From the NCBI RefSeq assembly GCF_000315625.1, contig NW_005434608.1, positions 145,449-209,448 on the forward strand: 64,000 bases of DNA, in the 5' to 3' direction. Under the pieces are notes generated by a model. The model was not told where the DNA came from. It searched no databases and worked only from the letters and a program-made list of their open reading frames with translations. Positions 1 to 12,975 of the stretch are shown here, in pieces; the first letter of the stretch is position 1; the number at the start of each line of letters is the position of its first letter. Source of the DNA: Guillardia theta CCMP2712. Its lineage: Eukaryota; Protista; Cryptophyta. Position numbers and translations under genes: made by a program.

Positions 1-410
1 GAAGGAGGGGACGAGGAGTGTTCTTTGTGTGTAAGAAGAAGTGTTGTAGACTCGAGCACAGGTCTAGGTGTAGTTTGCAAAGACTTGTCTTGATGATTGA
101 AGAAACTGACGTTTGCTGCCTCCCCCTCGAAGCATCTGCAAGTATCTTCTCCTCAACTTGGAGGTTCTATCCTCGACATTGATACTTCAGAGTGACGCCG
201 AGCTTGTCTTCCACCAGCTACATCCAGCACCCGTTGTACCCCTCTCTCTTCTCCCTCGCTCCCTCCCTCCCTCCCTCGCCGCTTCGAGCTGCTGCTTTCC
301 ATTCAGCTTTCCATTTTTCATTCCCCCCAGCTGGGGGGACGGGGGGACCCATTGGGAGGGAGGGGGGGAGGGAACGAAGCGGCGAGGGAGGGAGGGAGGG
401 AGGGAGGGAG

Positions 411-498
411 GGAAGGGAGGGAAGGGAGGGAAGGGAGGGAAGGGAGTGAAGGGAGGGAAGGGAGGGAAGGGAGGGAAGGGAGGGAAGGGAGGGAAGGG
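411..498 (+). repeat. (GGAAGGGAG)n 9-mer minisatellite, probably intronic
   Basis: About 10 tandem copies seen directly; they create the spurious GGK/REG/PSL ORFs. Confidence 0.9.
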
Positions 499-863
499 AG
501 CGAGGGAGGAGAGGCCAGTGGACGGGGAAGACCAAACTGAGTTGAGGAAGGAGGAAAAGGGAGGAAGAGTGTGGTATGTGTGTTTGAGGGAAGGAACATG
601 TTGGGCTGCATGTTATTTCTTTCACATTCTAGTGCTATCCTTGCATGCTGTCAGATTATGACGAGCCTTGTCAGTGATGGGACGGTGAAGCTGGAGCTGC
701 AACCTGTGAGAGCAGAGCTATGCGCACCTCGCAGCTGCTTATCCTCCCCTTCATCCTCCTCTCGCTCCCCTGCCTCCCAACGGAAGTGACAGCAAGCTCC
801 ATAGATGCTTCCAAGGTGACCTCTCCTCTCGCATGCCTCCTCGCGTGCTGATGTGGACGGCAG

Positions 864-2133
864 GAGAACAAGTTGTACAGAGTGGCGGTAGGAGCAGGAG
901 GACGAGCATGGCGCCGCAGCCTGACTTGCCCGCAGATCTTGGTCCCTTCCAGCCCATGGATGCATCCCGAGCTCAAGAGAAGGATCATGGAGAATCTCCG
1001 ACGTGTCCCGTGCGCTCGGCAGCTGCAGACGCCAGCAGGAGTGACATGCCGGCAGGCGCGCGAACCCGAAGCTGTACGTGCGAATCTTTATCGATGCTGG
1101 GCCTCTGCAGAACCTGCCAGGTCGACGGGAGAGACGAGTGGAGGAGGGAGAGGAGGAGGAGGAGGAGGAGGAGGGAGAGGGGGACTGAAAGGGCCGAGCA
1201 GATGAGTCTCGTCCTCTCTCAAAGACCGCAAGGCTGAGGAATCGTGAGTCAGCGTCTGATTGTGCGACGGCGCGTCTGAGCTGACCGCAGGCATGCTGTC
1301 CTCCATCGACCTCCGGGACGTGAGTGACGCTGAGCGATGTTGGAACTCAAGTGACGATGCCTCCTTGTCTTGTTCCAGTTTGATTACATCATGTGGATGG
1401 ATGCGGACATCGTTGAGTTTCCTTTTGGTGAACTTTGTTTCCACATACACATATCCTCCTCCTCCTCCCCCTCCCCACTCCTCCTCCTCCTCCTCCTCCT
1501 CCTCCTCCTCCNNNNNNNNNNNNNNNNNNNNNNNNNNNNNNNNNNNNNNNNNNNNNNNNNNNNNNNNNNNNNNNNNNNNNNNNNNNNNNNNNNNNNNNNN
1601 NNNNNNNNNNNCCTCCATTGATCTTCTTCTTCTTCTTCATCTTCTTATTATTAGTACTGCTACTATTCTTTTACCTCCTCTGGATGTCATTTTCCTCCTG
1701 ATTTTCCTCCTCCGTCTTCTATTCTCCACTTCTCCTTCTGCTGTTCGTGAATTCTTTGCAGACCTCCCTTCCAAACTCATTTTCGCCAACCCTACGGGAG
1801 TAATCCTTCCATTCCTTCTGCTCCTCCCGTTTCCTCTGACTTCATCCAAGGCGACTGCCCCTCTTGTTCTCATCGAAGAGCCTGGGCCCATGGGTGAATA
1901 CACTCATTCTTGATCTTTCTCTCTTGCTAGCTTGCTTGCAGTGCCATCTCCGTCCTACTTTCTTTCGCTCCTCCTTGTTGTCGCCTTATTCTTCCTTGCA
2001 GGGCCGAATCAGTTTTATGACACCACTGCGTTCACTCTCAAGGGGTGAGTGTAGGGTGGGAAGAAGCGAGAGAGGAGTGGAGCAGGAGAATGAGGGAGAG
2101 AGGGAGGGAGTCATGGAGAGCAGAGGGATGCGG

Positions 2134-2181
<48 letters not shown>

Positions 2182-3034
2182 CAAGGAATGCGGGAAGGGA
2201 GGATAGGAGGAGGGACAAGTGGGTAGAGGAGCCACGCATGTGTCAAAGCTCCTGGAATGCAGCTGACGAAGGTGCCAGCAAGTCAGACCTGTACCCGGAC
2301 CTCAACGTCCCCTACGTGGAAGGAAGAAGTGTTGAAAGGTGTCTTTCTCGTCCTCCTCCCCCAGTTCCTCCTCCCCTCCTCAAGCTCTCTCATCTTCATC
2401 CTCCGTTCCCTCTAACTCAAGGCCGTCAGGCTCCCACCCTACGTGCCATACCGGAGGGACGGAGAAGAGTTGGTCGAGATGGACGGGATTGGAACATGCT
2501 ACGTGCTGCCGGTAAGAGCGTATGGGGGAACATGGCAACAGTTTTCGGGCAGTTAGAGAGGAAGGATACGCGGAAGATGGTTGATGAGGGACGGAAAAGG
2601 TAGATGAGCGAGGAGAAAGGACGGCCAGAGGAGGGAGGGAGGAGATCTGTGATGTATTGAGGAGATGCAGTAAGGAGGAGGAGGAGGAGGAGGAGGAGGA
2701 GGAGGAGCAAGTGGTGCTGGTGTTTGCCGAGAAGGAGAATATTTGGAGTGCGGGGACGACAGGGGAGGGAAGGAAACAGATACTTTCATGACGTCGGCGG
2801 GGCAGGTGGAAGTTTTTACTGTGGGGAACGCAACTTATATCGACCATCCTCGGTTGACGGAGCACTGGTCCGTGATCAAGAAAGTCCACGAGATGGGCCG
2901 CAAGGTTCCTTCCTCCCCTTCCCCTGCCCCTTTCTTCTCACTGCCTCCACCTTCTATCCTGCGCTCCTGCACATCTTCCATCCATCTCTCCTCTTCTCTC
3001 CTCCCTTCTTCCCACCGCCTGCTCACTGTCTCTT

Positions 3035-3085
<51 letters not shown>

Positions 3086-3208
3086 TTTCTCATGTTGGGA
3101 CATTGAACTCGATGACGGGGCATGCAGGTGTTGATGCACCTGGAAGTCAGAGTGCGGCACGCGAACCTTCCTCTCTACGGGTCAGACTGGCACCGCAACT
3201 CCAACTGA
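864..3208 (+). CDS. Anp1/GT62-like (GT-A fold) glycosyltransferase, multi-exon; 5' exons unresolved, may begin upstream
   Basis: Hand-spliced exons read LYRVA-ILVPSSPW..., TARLRNR-MLSSIDLRD-FDYIMWMDADIVEFP (DxD motif), NQFYDTTAF, VEMDGIGTCYVLP, HPRLTEHWSVIKKVHEMGRK-VLMHLEVRVRHANLPLYGSDWHRNSN* (TGA 3206-3208). Motif order follows the Anp1/Mnn9/Van1 pattern (ARN..WVLWLDADIV..LDGVGG..ETEG..AKRLG). Confidence 0.7.
1512..1611. other. Assembly gap (100 N) after a (CCT)n tract
   Basis: Run of N. Confidence 0.99.
2133..2182 (+). repeat. (GCAG)n microsatellite in an intron
   Basis: Direct tandem array. Confidence 0.9.
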
Positions 3209-4244
3209 AGCCCGAGAGCGCGTCGTTAGAGCTCGTTGCGGCAGTTTGACTGACTGCGCGCACGACGGCGCATGTCAGGTCTACAACTACAAGTAGTTGT
3301 CACTGTGAGTAACGTAGAGTTACAACTCGTCGTTCGAATCACTGTGTTGGCGTTGAGACTGTTGTTCAATGGTTGTCTTCAATCTATTCATCAATGAAAG
3401 TGTAGCACTCTGACTCATACAAAAGATGTGTCCGAGGAGATCTGAGAAAACAGCTGTGTAAATAGCAAAAACGGCTCATTCAGTTCAAAACACTGCCAGC
3501 GGAAGGAATCATGTTGAAAGGGATTGTGTTGAAAAGGACTTCTCATGCCCATCAAACTGGAGAAAGACTTGATCGAAGGTATTGCAAAGCATCGCATCGC
3601 TGTATCCAAGTTCAATTCCCAATCGCAAGAGTTCCGAGACAACACAAGAAGGTCTCGCTTTCCCCAACTCCCTGATACTTGAAACCAGGTATCCCTCAAC
3701 AGAGGTGTATCGATAACCTCTCCTTGAAAGCGCCTCGACACGGTACCCACCCAGCTCCAAAAATGATTCAAGCATGGCGGGAAGGAAATCCGACCTTCTG
3801 CTTAGCGAGCGTCAGGTTTCTACAGTGGTCGGAGCAGTTCTCGATTCAACGCGTCAAATCATGTTCTCACAGCTCAACAAGAGCTCATGTGACGATCTCG
3901 CAGCTCAACAAGAGCTCATGTCATCATGTCATGTTCTCACTGCTCAAAAACAAACCGGAGGCCAGAGTGCCGATTTCATTTCAGAGAACACCAATCAGTA
4001 ATGTCTCGAATATTTCAAATTCTCTTAGAGAGTTTCAACTTTCAATTTCTGAATTGGTTCATGATACCGGGCCCTGCCTCACGCTGAGCCATCACCCCTC
4101 CCTCAACCTTCACCCACCCCTACCCCCTCCCATAAGTCACTTTTTATAATAATTTTTCTTCACTACCAATGTCACTACCCCTACCCCTACCTCTCATTTA
4201 CCCTTTGACCCACCCCTTTGAACATGGATGGAAAGCTGCACTGA

Positions 4245-6963
4245 ATGGCGTCGGCTGCCAGAAAGGGACGAAGGAGCAGAGGAGCGACGTCGAGAACCAT
4301 GAAGTCTCGACGACTCTCCTCTCATCCTCTCCCCATAATCTTCACTCTGTCTCTTTCTACTCATTCACTTCACCTTTCTCCTCGTATCTTTCCACTCCTC
4401 CTTTACACTGTTTTCCTCCTCAGGTAGCGATACTCGTCCCGGATGATGCTTCCTGATCTTTCCCATTCCGTCTCAGACATTATCTCTAGATTCTTCATCC
4501 TCTCATATCTAGAAGGTTGTGTTCAAAACATTGATTGTCACTCCACCTCTCAAGGCGCCTCCTGAATGACACCTTGTGATGGTCTCAATCGCTATTTCTT
4601 CAAGAATGTTTCGATCCCCTTACTCAACATGTGAAGCATACAGCACACACCTTGTTCTATGATTCCATGTGCAATCTGCGTTCTTAGCATTTCATTTCTT
4701 TGCGTTTGGTCCGAATGGAACCTTGTAGACCAAACAATTCCCTTACACAACGTTTCGATAGGCTGCCATCTATCACAACTGGAACTCAGCTGGCGGAAAC
4801 AACTCGCATCTTTCAATCTGGATGGAACACTGAGCTCACTGGGCGATGAAGCGCGAGGCTCACAAGATACAGTCTTGCTCCAACTCAACATAAACCCAAC
4901 ACTCACTCTCACGTCTGCAAGGGTTGCTACATGACGGCAGGTCGGACGAACATCCTCTGAAACCCTTGTCAGCGCCCACAACACTGTGACTCTGATCATG
5001 GAGGGTGCAAGTGGCGTGGCGTTCATGGGAGGCAACCGACTGGGGACTCCAGCGCTAGAGAACCGACTCGGCCCTCCTTCTCAAGGATACAGAGCTGTAA
5101 GTTTAATCTCATGCTGAGACTGTTGGAAGACAGACGTCTTTTGCTACACAACCGTGTCTCTTGCTCGCTCCACATGCTTGACCTTCATTCCTCTCCCTCT
5201 TCCTTCCCTCTGCTGTTTCTTCTCCCTAGCCCCGCAACCTCCCCCCTCCACTTTCAGCATTTTCTCTTCCTATCGACAGTCGCTGAATGTTCTCCTCGTG
5301 CAGGCGACGTCGTACGGAGCATCTGTTGCCCAGCAGCTTCTCTCACCCGTTCGCTGTCCAGAAAGACACTCATATCGCTGACTATGTGACAGATGGCGGA
5401 CTCCGGGGGCTTGAAGCAGCCGCTCTCACACCGATCTATTCCCACCAAGAGCATGTACAGTCCCGAGATGAACGAGGGGAGCAGAGTCGGAACCCCGGTG
5501 AGCCTGATCTCGAGCCTGTCGCTCCTCGTTGACGCCGATGGCTCAGGCAATCTTCACGAGATCCCCACAAGCGGTCCTGTCGCACAGCCACTCGTGAGTG
5601 TTGACATGCGCTGGTTGCATTCAAGGGGTTGACTTGGTTTCATTTCCTCCTCTGGTTGAATACAGGTTCAATACAAGTCCCTTTCCTCAGTCGGGAGAAC
5701 GGGCAACAACTCCCTTCTCCTCCTCCTCCTCCTTCAGGAGGACTGTGTCGACTGGATCTAGCTCAACACGGTCCTCCCTTCCCCTCGACGCGCTGGCCTC
5801 CTCCACCTTCAGCTCTTGGAGTGTGAACAGCTCCGTGGAGATGTTGACCATCGACGAAGACGATCAACTGAAAGCCGAGCAGTTCAGGTCGACCAAGTTG
5901 TGACTGTGATGTTGCGGGGGTGCTGACATTTGTTGGTACAGGAAACTAGATGTTTCAATGCAGGTGAAGACTTTGTTGCTGCAAATCTCACGAATCGAAT
6001 GCTCCTGACGATTGTTTCCCTCTTTCTTTCCTTTTCCTCTTCCTCTCTCTTTCATGTTTCTCATCCTCTGTTCCATTCTTCTTGATCTTCGTCTCCTCCT
6101 CGGCCTCCTCTCCCCTTCCGGGTTTCGGTCACCGCAGACTCCAAGAAGACAGCTGCATCGATCGCTGGCATCTGTAGCAGAGAGCGAGACGGGAGGAAGC
6201 GGCTCCAGGGACATTTCTAGACCAACTCTCCTTCCTCTTCCCCGACATGCAGCTCCTGTCCTCGATTCCACTCCCCATCGCATCGGAACCCCGATTGTAT
6301 CAACTAGAGCAGGGGCAGGACGAGCAAGTGGAGTGGAGACGTACTCGTTGTACTCCTCATAGCTTCTTTCATCTCACGCTTGCCGCAGACTTCCACACTT
6401 TGGTGCAAGTCGTCCGCACATCTCGTCCCATGGAAGGTAGCACATATACCTACTCATGCTAGCCCACGCTTCTTCTTCCTCCTCTTCCTCCTCCTCCTTT
6501 CTTCCCTCTTCTTCCACCTTTGCTCTCCTCCTCCTCCTCCTCCTCCTCCTCCTCCTCCTCCTCCTCCTCCTCCTGTACCTAAACTGTTGACAGGCCGCGG
6601 TTAGAGCCAAGGGAAAGTCCCATCAAATCCCCGTCCGTGTTGACGTCAAGCCCATTTGGGAAGGAGGAGGCAGGAGAAGTGAAGAAGAAAATCGCTCTTC
6701 CCTCCTGGCTGCAGGAGGATAGGAGGCTACAGGGAAAGCAGGAGAGTGAGGAAGAGCAGGGCAAGCATGTGCCTGTGTGGCTCAAGAAGGAGCAGCAGAT
6801 GAGCTCTACTGCGCACAAGGAGGAGAATGGTTACTCGCTCGATCCTTACAGGGGTCGGCGGCCCGGGGGAGGAGTAGGAGGAGCAGGAGGAGGCGGCGGG
6901 GATTCATTGCGATTGCAGAACTCTAGGACAATGATCCAGGGAGCGCTGCTGGAGGAAGACTGA
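4245..6963 (+). CDS. Hypothetical Ser/Pro-rich multi-exon protein
   Basis: Series of short segments bounded by AG/GT with pyrimidine-rich introns; last exon ends ...MIQGALLEED* at 6963. No recognisable domain; exon chain not fully resolved. Confidence 0.4.
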
Positions 6964-7483
6964 GGGGTGTTGTAAAGGGCGGAAGGGTTGGAAATCTTAA
7001 GTGGGTAGGCGGGGGGAGGTAGGAGAATGGAAGGAAAAATTTATTTCCTCTCGCATGTGAGGGTTTTATCACTAGTCAGAATGTTGTATATGAGCAAAAT
7101 TGCTTCTCATTCTTTCCTGTCGTAAGTTGGCTATATTCCTCTCCCCTCCCTCCTCCTCCTCCTCCTCCTCCTTCTCCTCCTCCTTCTCCTCCTCCTCCTC
7201 CTCCTCCTTCTCCTTCTCCTCCTCCTCCCGAGTCCTCCTCCTCCTCCGACTCGTCCTCCAATTCGCTGCTGCTCCTCCGTCAGCCAGTCCTCCTGTCTCA
7301 CCGGCACTCGCATATGTCGGGCTGCCAATGATCTTGCTGCATGCTTCTTGTTACATGCTTCTCATTGCCCGTTGCTCACTCCAGCCACGAGAGAACGCAC
7401 CCTCGTTACCATCACAGCACTACTTGCTTTCGTTGTTGTCGCTGTCGCTGTCGCTGTTGCTGTCATCGTCGTCTACCTCATCG

Positions 7484-8032
7484 TCACGATCCTCGGCTGC
7501 ACAATCCTTGCGGCTCCACACAAGTGCGAGAGCTCATGAAGGTCCGAGTGTCTCCGAGCGCGCAGTGACATCTGACATCAAAAAATGACGAGGGAAGGGG
7601 AGGGAGGAGGAGGAATGGGAAAGAAGGACAAGCGGTGAAAGACAGAGAAGGATGAAGGAGATGGTGATGGTCGTGGTAGTGATGATGATGACTACGACGA
7701 TGCTGATGACGACGCTTGCAGTGGTGTATGAAGAAGATGATGATGATGATGACGACGACGATGAGGAGGAGAGAAAGAGCAGCAAGGAAGGCAGCAAGGA
7801 AGGAAGCAACCTCTTATCAGAGTCCCAGGGTACATCGCAAGCGCAGCGCATCTCCTCGTTCAAGCCTTGAAACGTCACGATCCATCCAAGGAACAGAACC
7901 TGTGGGAGGCTTCACTGACAGGTCATCCCCGCGTGCTCGCTACCATCGAGAGAGCGAACGCTAGGAGCGAGAGCCTCGACAGAGTCTTGAGCTCCCATGG
8001 CATCTCCTCTCCCTCCTCCTACTTCACCGTCA

Positions 8033-8063
<31 letters not shown>

Positions 8064-8297
8064 CTCTCCCTCCTCCTGCTCTTCACCTCTTCGCCCCCTC
8101 CTCCTTCCTCTCCTTCCTCTCCTCACCGACGAAAGCTTTCGGAGGTTGAGCCAGTTGAGGAGCCACAGAAACGGGAGGGCGAAGAAGCCTCCGACCCACT
8201 GAGACACGTCAGGTCTTGTCGCGGGCAGCACATGTCATCCTACCAAGATCCTCGCTGTCCTTGTGGCCTCGTGGGGATGCTGAAAGTAGTTCATCAT
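7484..8297 (-). CDS. PSENEN: Presenilin enhancer 2 (gamma-secretase subunit PEN-2) homologue, 5 exons
   Basis: Spliced product MMNYFQHPHEATRTARIL-WVGGFFALPFLWLLNWLNLRKLSS-EEGEEMPWELKTLSRLSLLAFALSM-VLFLGWIVTFQ...CALGDTRTF...RGS*. Matches PEN-2 hallmarks GGFAFLPFLWLVN, WITIFQ and ALGDYLSF. GT-AG introns keep the frame. Confidence 0.8.
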
Positions 8298-8981
8298 AGC
8301 TTCTCCTCCTCCTCCTGTTGTCACAAGGTTGTTAGCCAAGATTAGAACGAGCTGCTAGGTCAACCCCTGCCTTCTTCCCATCCTCGTATCCCAGTCTATT
8401 CGTCCCTTGGTCCCCATCGCCTCCTCCTCGTTTGATTGCTTCAATCCTTCACTCCTTCACTCATCCTTGGTACCAAACCAACTCCTCTCCTCCCTCGACA
8501 CATCCTCTTTTCTGTTTCTCTAGCAAACCGCAGAAAGCTGAGTCTCGCCAAGTACCCTATAGGTAGAATATTCCATAAGTGGGATACTATTGTAGAAATT
8601 TACACATCCTCTGACCCTGTTCACAGCGAGGCTGGGGGTGGGATAGCAAGAACCTACTCAGAACAAGGAGGAAAACTAGGAGAGGGAGGAGAGGAGGAGG
8701 GGAGGAGAGGAGCAGAGACGAAGAGAGGAGACAGGGGAGAGGAGAAGAGAGGAGGAGGAGGAGGAGGAGGAGAAGGAGGAGGAGGAGGAGGAGGAGGAGG
8801 GAGAGGGAGGAGATGAGAAGGGAGGAAGTAGATGTCGATGGATAGAAACAAGGAGGAAGAGCGAGGGAGGAGGAGAAGAGAGCGGAGAGGGTAAGTGCGA
8901 ACGGGACGGCAAGTTAGATCGAGGGTCAAGTCAACCTTCATGGGGAAAGTATCGTCGAGAGAGGATGCATAGACCTCGTCG

Positions 8982-10931
8982 ATGAGCGGCGACCAAGCGG
9001 TACCGGCAATGCTGCCGGCCAACAAGAAGGCAGGGGTTCAACATGGGCGCAACAAGATCAAAGACCTGGTTGCCGAGCTGGATCGCATGGTTCCCTTGAC
9101 CCTCAGCTCCCGCCGGCAACGATCGGTGCTGGAGTCTGGCAGGACGGTCCAGCAGCTTGTTGAGGACCTGCTAGTGCATGTGCGCGCGGTGGTAGAGAGA
9201 GAAGCGATCTCTGGCGGCAAGGGGGAGGAGGAGGAGGTTGAGGTGAAAGCTGCTCTACTCAAGGAAGGGATGCTGGGCAGTGGCAGCCTGATGATGATGA
9301 CGGTGGATCGTTCGAGCCTCCACATCACTTCCATGAGCCGGGGCATGTTGAACCTGTACACGGACCTGCCGTTCGTGGGCCCGGCCGGTCAGTGCTTGGA
9401 GCACTTCGTAGCGCAGGAGGAGAAGAAGAAGCTCAGGGAACTGATGGATCGGATGGGAAAGGCGCCAGGAGAGAAGATGGAGGGTGAAGTAAGGATGCTC
9501 ACTTTCAACAGAGGCTTTCAGCTCCGCAGGTTCGCTGTGGGAGGAGGATGCGAGGGAGGGCAGGTGGTCCTGTTGTTCACGAGCATGGAGGAGGAGGTGG
9601 AGGAGGAGGAGGAGGAGGAGGAGGAGGAGGAGGTCAAGAAGGAGGCTGTTCAGGTGAGGGAGGTGGATGTGTGCGTGCTGGGTGCTGAGAGGACATCAGG
9701 GGTCGTTAAACCCTTGCAACGGGGTGTACGAGGTTGACGAAATGCTCTCGAGCGATTCTTTCTTTGCGGTGCAGCGGTCGTTCAAGAGGGCAGGCGTCAG
9801 CGGGAGTGGGCTGCTGGAGAACGGTTTCTCAGCTGCGATCGAGAACGCGACGGCGTCGGAGAGTGTCCAGAGAGCCATCTCTCAGTACAAGCTCGGGAAG
9901 GAAAGGCTGATAGCAATGAGCCTGCAGGTCAGCGGGGGTGGAGGAGCCGGCCGTTGGAGTTCTGACCTCTGGTTGACTTGAAGGCACATGTCTTCTTTTC
10001 TAAGACTGACCCACTCACTTTGAACCACCATTTCCGCTTTCACCTTCCCGGTAAGCGAGCATCCACCCCTTCCTCCACTGAACGCCATGGTTGACGGCGA
10101 CTTCAGAATGGCTGGGAGATTTCTCTATGGGCTGGGGAGAAAAGTCAGAAATCAAGCTGAATGGTCAGGAACGTGGTCAATCGACAACGAACTGCTGACA
10201 AGTCAACCAGGGACTCCCAAGAAGATCAAGTCCGGGGTTTACATCTCCCTCTGCCTGCATACTCCGTTGCAACCTGTGAACCGCTGAAGTTGCTGCGTGC
10301 TGCGTTGCTGACGTTGGGACGAAGGGGATGCTGCGAGCTACTGAGTTTCGCCTGCGGGAAGACAGCGGGCTCCTCAAGTGCTACCACAGCAGGTGCTTGG
10401 AGGATGTTCGACCCGTTTCACTCAGCTCCCATCCGGATTCTTCGTTCCTTTCCTTGTCAACGTTGCTCCTCAATACCCCCCTTCCCTTCCCCTCCCCTCC
10501 TTTTCAATTCCATTCACTCATTATCTCTTCCACCTTCTCTCCCTTTCAAGTTGATCCTCGGCCATAACCTCAATCCTGCCTGCCCTCCTCCTCTTTCGCT
10601 TCTCTCACGTGACGCTCCTTTGCTCGATCTCAGGCAGCTCTGCTTTCACGACGGGATGCTGATCATACGAGGAACAATGCCGGGCACAGGCATGCAGCTT
10701 CTTCCGTCCTCCTCTTCACTGAAAGGCCTTGCAGGGTCAGAGGGGGCAGGGTCGGACTTCGAGCTCGTCTACAGGTGGGACGACTCTCGAAGTTCCCTCC
10801 AGCTGACTTTCTTTCAGGCGAGTTTCGCCACCAGACAAGAAAATTTCTTTGGCCCTGCAGAGATGATGGAGGAGGGAGAGAGGGAGGATGGGGAAGGGGG
10901 AGGCAGGAGAATTGCTACTATCGTCAGGTGA
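8982..10931 (+). CDS. bHLH-PAS-like transcription factor, multi-exon
   Basis: GRNKIKDLVAELDRMVP...RTVQQLVEDLLVHVRAV resembles HLH helices 1 and 2. It is followed by a PAS-like segment MMMTVDRSSLHITSMSRGMLNLY...GQCLEHFVAQEEKKKLRELM. Confidence 0.6.
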
Positions 10932-10989
10932 GGGGTCTAGCGCAAAATTCTAGTCGGAATGTGCCAATCGGTTGAGCGGTGTCGTTACT

Positions 10990-12467
10990 TTATGCCAGTA
11001 AAGCTGCTGCGTTTGCACAGCTGCACTCGCTAGCCTCCCATATCATTCGGATCAGATCGAGTTCCAACTCCAGAGCACTGAGACAGCTCCTCGTAGATCG
11101 TCCGAAGATCCCCAGCAGGAAACACGTTCTCCTCTCCTCCAGCACCTGCAAAACGCTCTCATCCACGCATTTCCCTTCTTTCCCCTCCTCCCTCCCTCCC
11201 TTCCCCCCTCTTCCTCAGCAACCCCCCCCCAACTTCCCCCCCCCCCCCCTTTCACCTCCAGCTCGACTCGGAGGTCCGCCCACGAGATACCCTCGAGCCG
11301 CGGCGGGGCACAGGGCATCTTCGACCAGTCCACCAAACTCGGGCTGACGTCGAGTCGCAGCTGCTCCAGGTGCCGCAGGTGCCGCAGGTTTCTTGCGATG
11401 CGCGTCACGCCCTCCTGCCCGATACCGTTGTTGTAAAGATCCACGTGCCTGAGCCTGGGGAGGCAGACGAAACACTCGGCCACGTGCCCAGCGCCCTCGT
11501 CGCCAATCTCGTTGAAACCCAAGTAGAGGGCCTCGAGGTTCGGGGTGGACTTCATGCTCCGGGCTAGGAAGAAGCAGCCTTCGCTCCCTATGTTGTTGTT
11601 GCAGATCCTCAGGTGCTCAAGGCGCGTGTTGAGGGCAAGGGCCCGGCCCAGGCTCGTCGCCCCCTCGTTCCCCACATGGTTGCACCCCATCTCCAACGAC
11701 ACTAGGGTAGGCTTGCACGCAAGATACTCCCCCAGCCGCTGAGCCCCGTCCTTGCGGATATTGTTGCCTCCTAGCTCGAGCGTCTTCAGCCCTCTGACGT
11801 GATGGAGAGCGTCGGTCAGCAGAGTCAGCCCGGCGTCACAGACCTGGTTGTTGAAGACGGAGAGGAACTCAAGGTTAACGAGATGGCGCAGGATGTCACT
11901 CAAGTGCCTGCAGCCCTCAGCCCCGATCTTGTTCCCTCTGACGTCGAGATGCACCAGCGACGGCATGTAAGGAAAGACTTCTCGAATGTACATGATCCCT
12001 TCCTCCATGTAGTTGGCACATCCCAGGTCCAGTCTCTGGACAAGCTTCAGGCTGTCGGCGTACTGACTGATGTCAAGAGAGACCCCCTGCTGCTCTTGCC
12101 TAGCCTCCTCTTGCAGCCCTGGAATGCTGGCAAGAACAGCTCGTTGATAGTGCAGCTTCTTAAGCACGTCGGAGATGGGCTCTCTGAATTTGGGGGCGCA
12201 GGTGCACCTTGAACACCAGAAGTCTTCGTCTTCCAAGAGCGACAGGTCATCATCCGAGCTCATGTCCATCTTTCTAGCTCCCTCTTCATCACTGCAAGAT
12301 AGTTCTGCCATGGCGATGTCGTCCTCGCATGCGCAGTCTCCGCACGACTCCTCAGCATGGGGCGTAGAAGCAGAAGAGGCAGGTGGCACCCTTGCACTGG
12401 CATGGCAAGCACTGCCATGACGCATGCTCGGGTCGGGTTGGCTTGTCTCAGGGAGGTTTCTCATCAT
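10990..12467 (-). CDS. Ribonuclease-inhibitor-type (28-aa) leucine-rich repeat protein
   Basis: About 8 repeats of LxxLxLxxNxIGxEGAxxLAxxL in ORF 11052-12806. A 3' intron (about 11146-11255) gives the C-terminus VLEERRTCFLLGIFGRSTRSCLSALELELDLIRMIW...LLA*. Start codon uncertain. Confidence 0.85.
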
Positions 12468-12975
12468 GATCTCATCGTCACCTCCTCCTCCTCCCTCCTC
12501 CTCCCTCCTCTCTCCTCTGCTGCTTCGCTCTCCTTCGCACCCATCGGGCATGTGCCCGCGGCCCTCGCCCTGGTGCCACCGACTGATGCGAGTCACCCTG
12601 TCCCAGGGCGGCTTGACTCCGGCGGCCCGCCGCCGGCCGGCGATCCGATCGGGCCGCCGGGCTCCGGGACAGAGGCCTGAGTCTCGGCGATCGGACTCTC
12701 TCCGACTCAGACCGTCGGACGGCCCGGACGGTCCGTCGTGCTCAGTAGACTTCGCCGGGCCGCCCGGCCGTCCTTCACTTGATGGAATCCCAACACTGCC
12801 ACACACATTGGTCTAGAGGACCATCTGATTTTGTTTCAAGTTACCTTGAAAACTGCCACCGTACAGTTGTATTACTATGACTCTGAGTAACTGAGTCAAA
12901 CTTGTAAGGTCACAAGTTCTCCCGGCACAAAACCAATTCCTTGCACCTGATGCTCTCGGCTTTCGAATGCCTCTC

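Noticed and set aside
113-661. Overlapping ORFs with GGK/REG/PSL repeats
   Set aside because: Translations of a 9-mer minisatellite that has no stops in most frames.
3325-3345. GTTCGAATC tRNA T-loop-like word
   Set aside because: No T-stem pairing or cloverleaf around it.
12468-12806. N-terminal 113 aa of the 584-aa LRR ORF
   Set aside because: Non-ATG start running through a GC-rich promoter-like island; probably untranslated.
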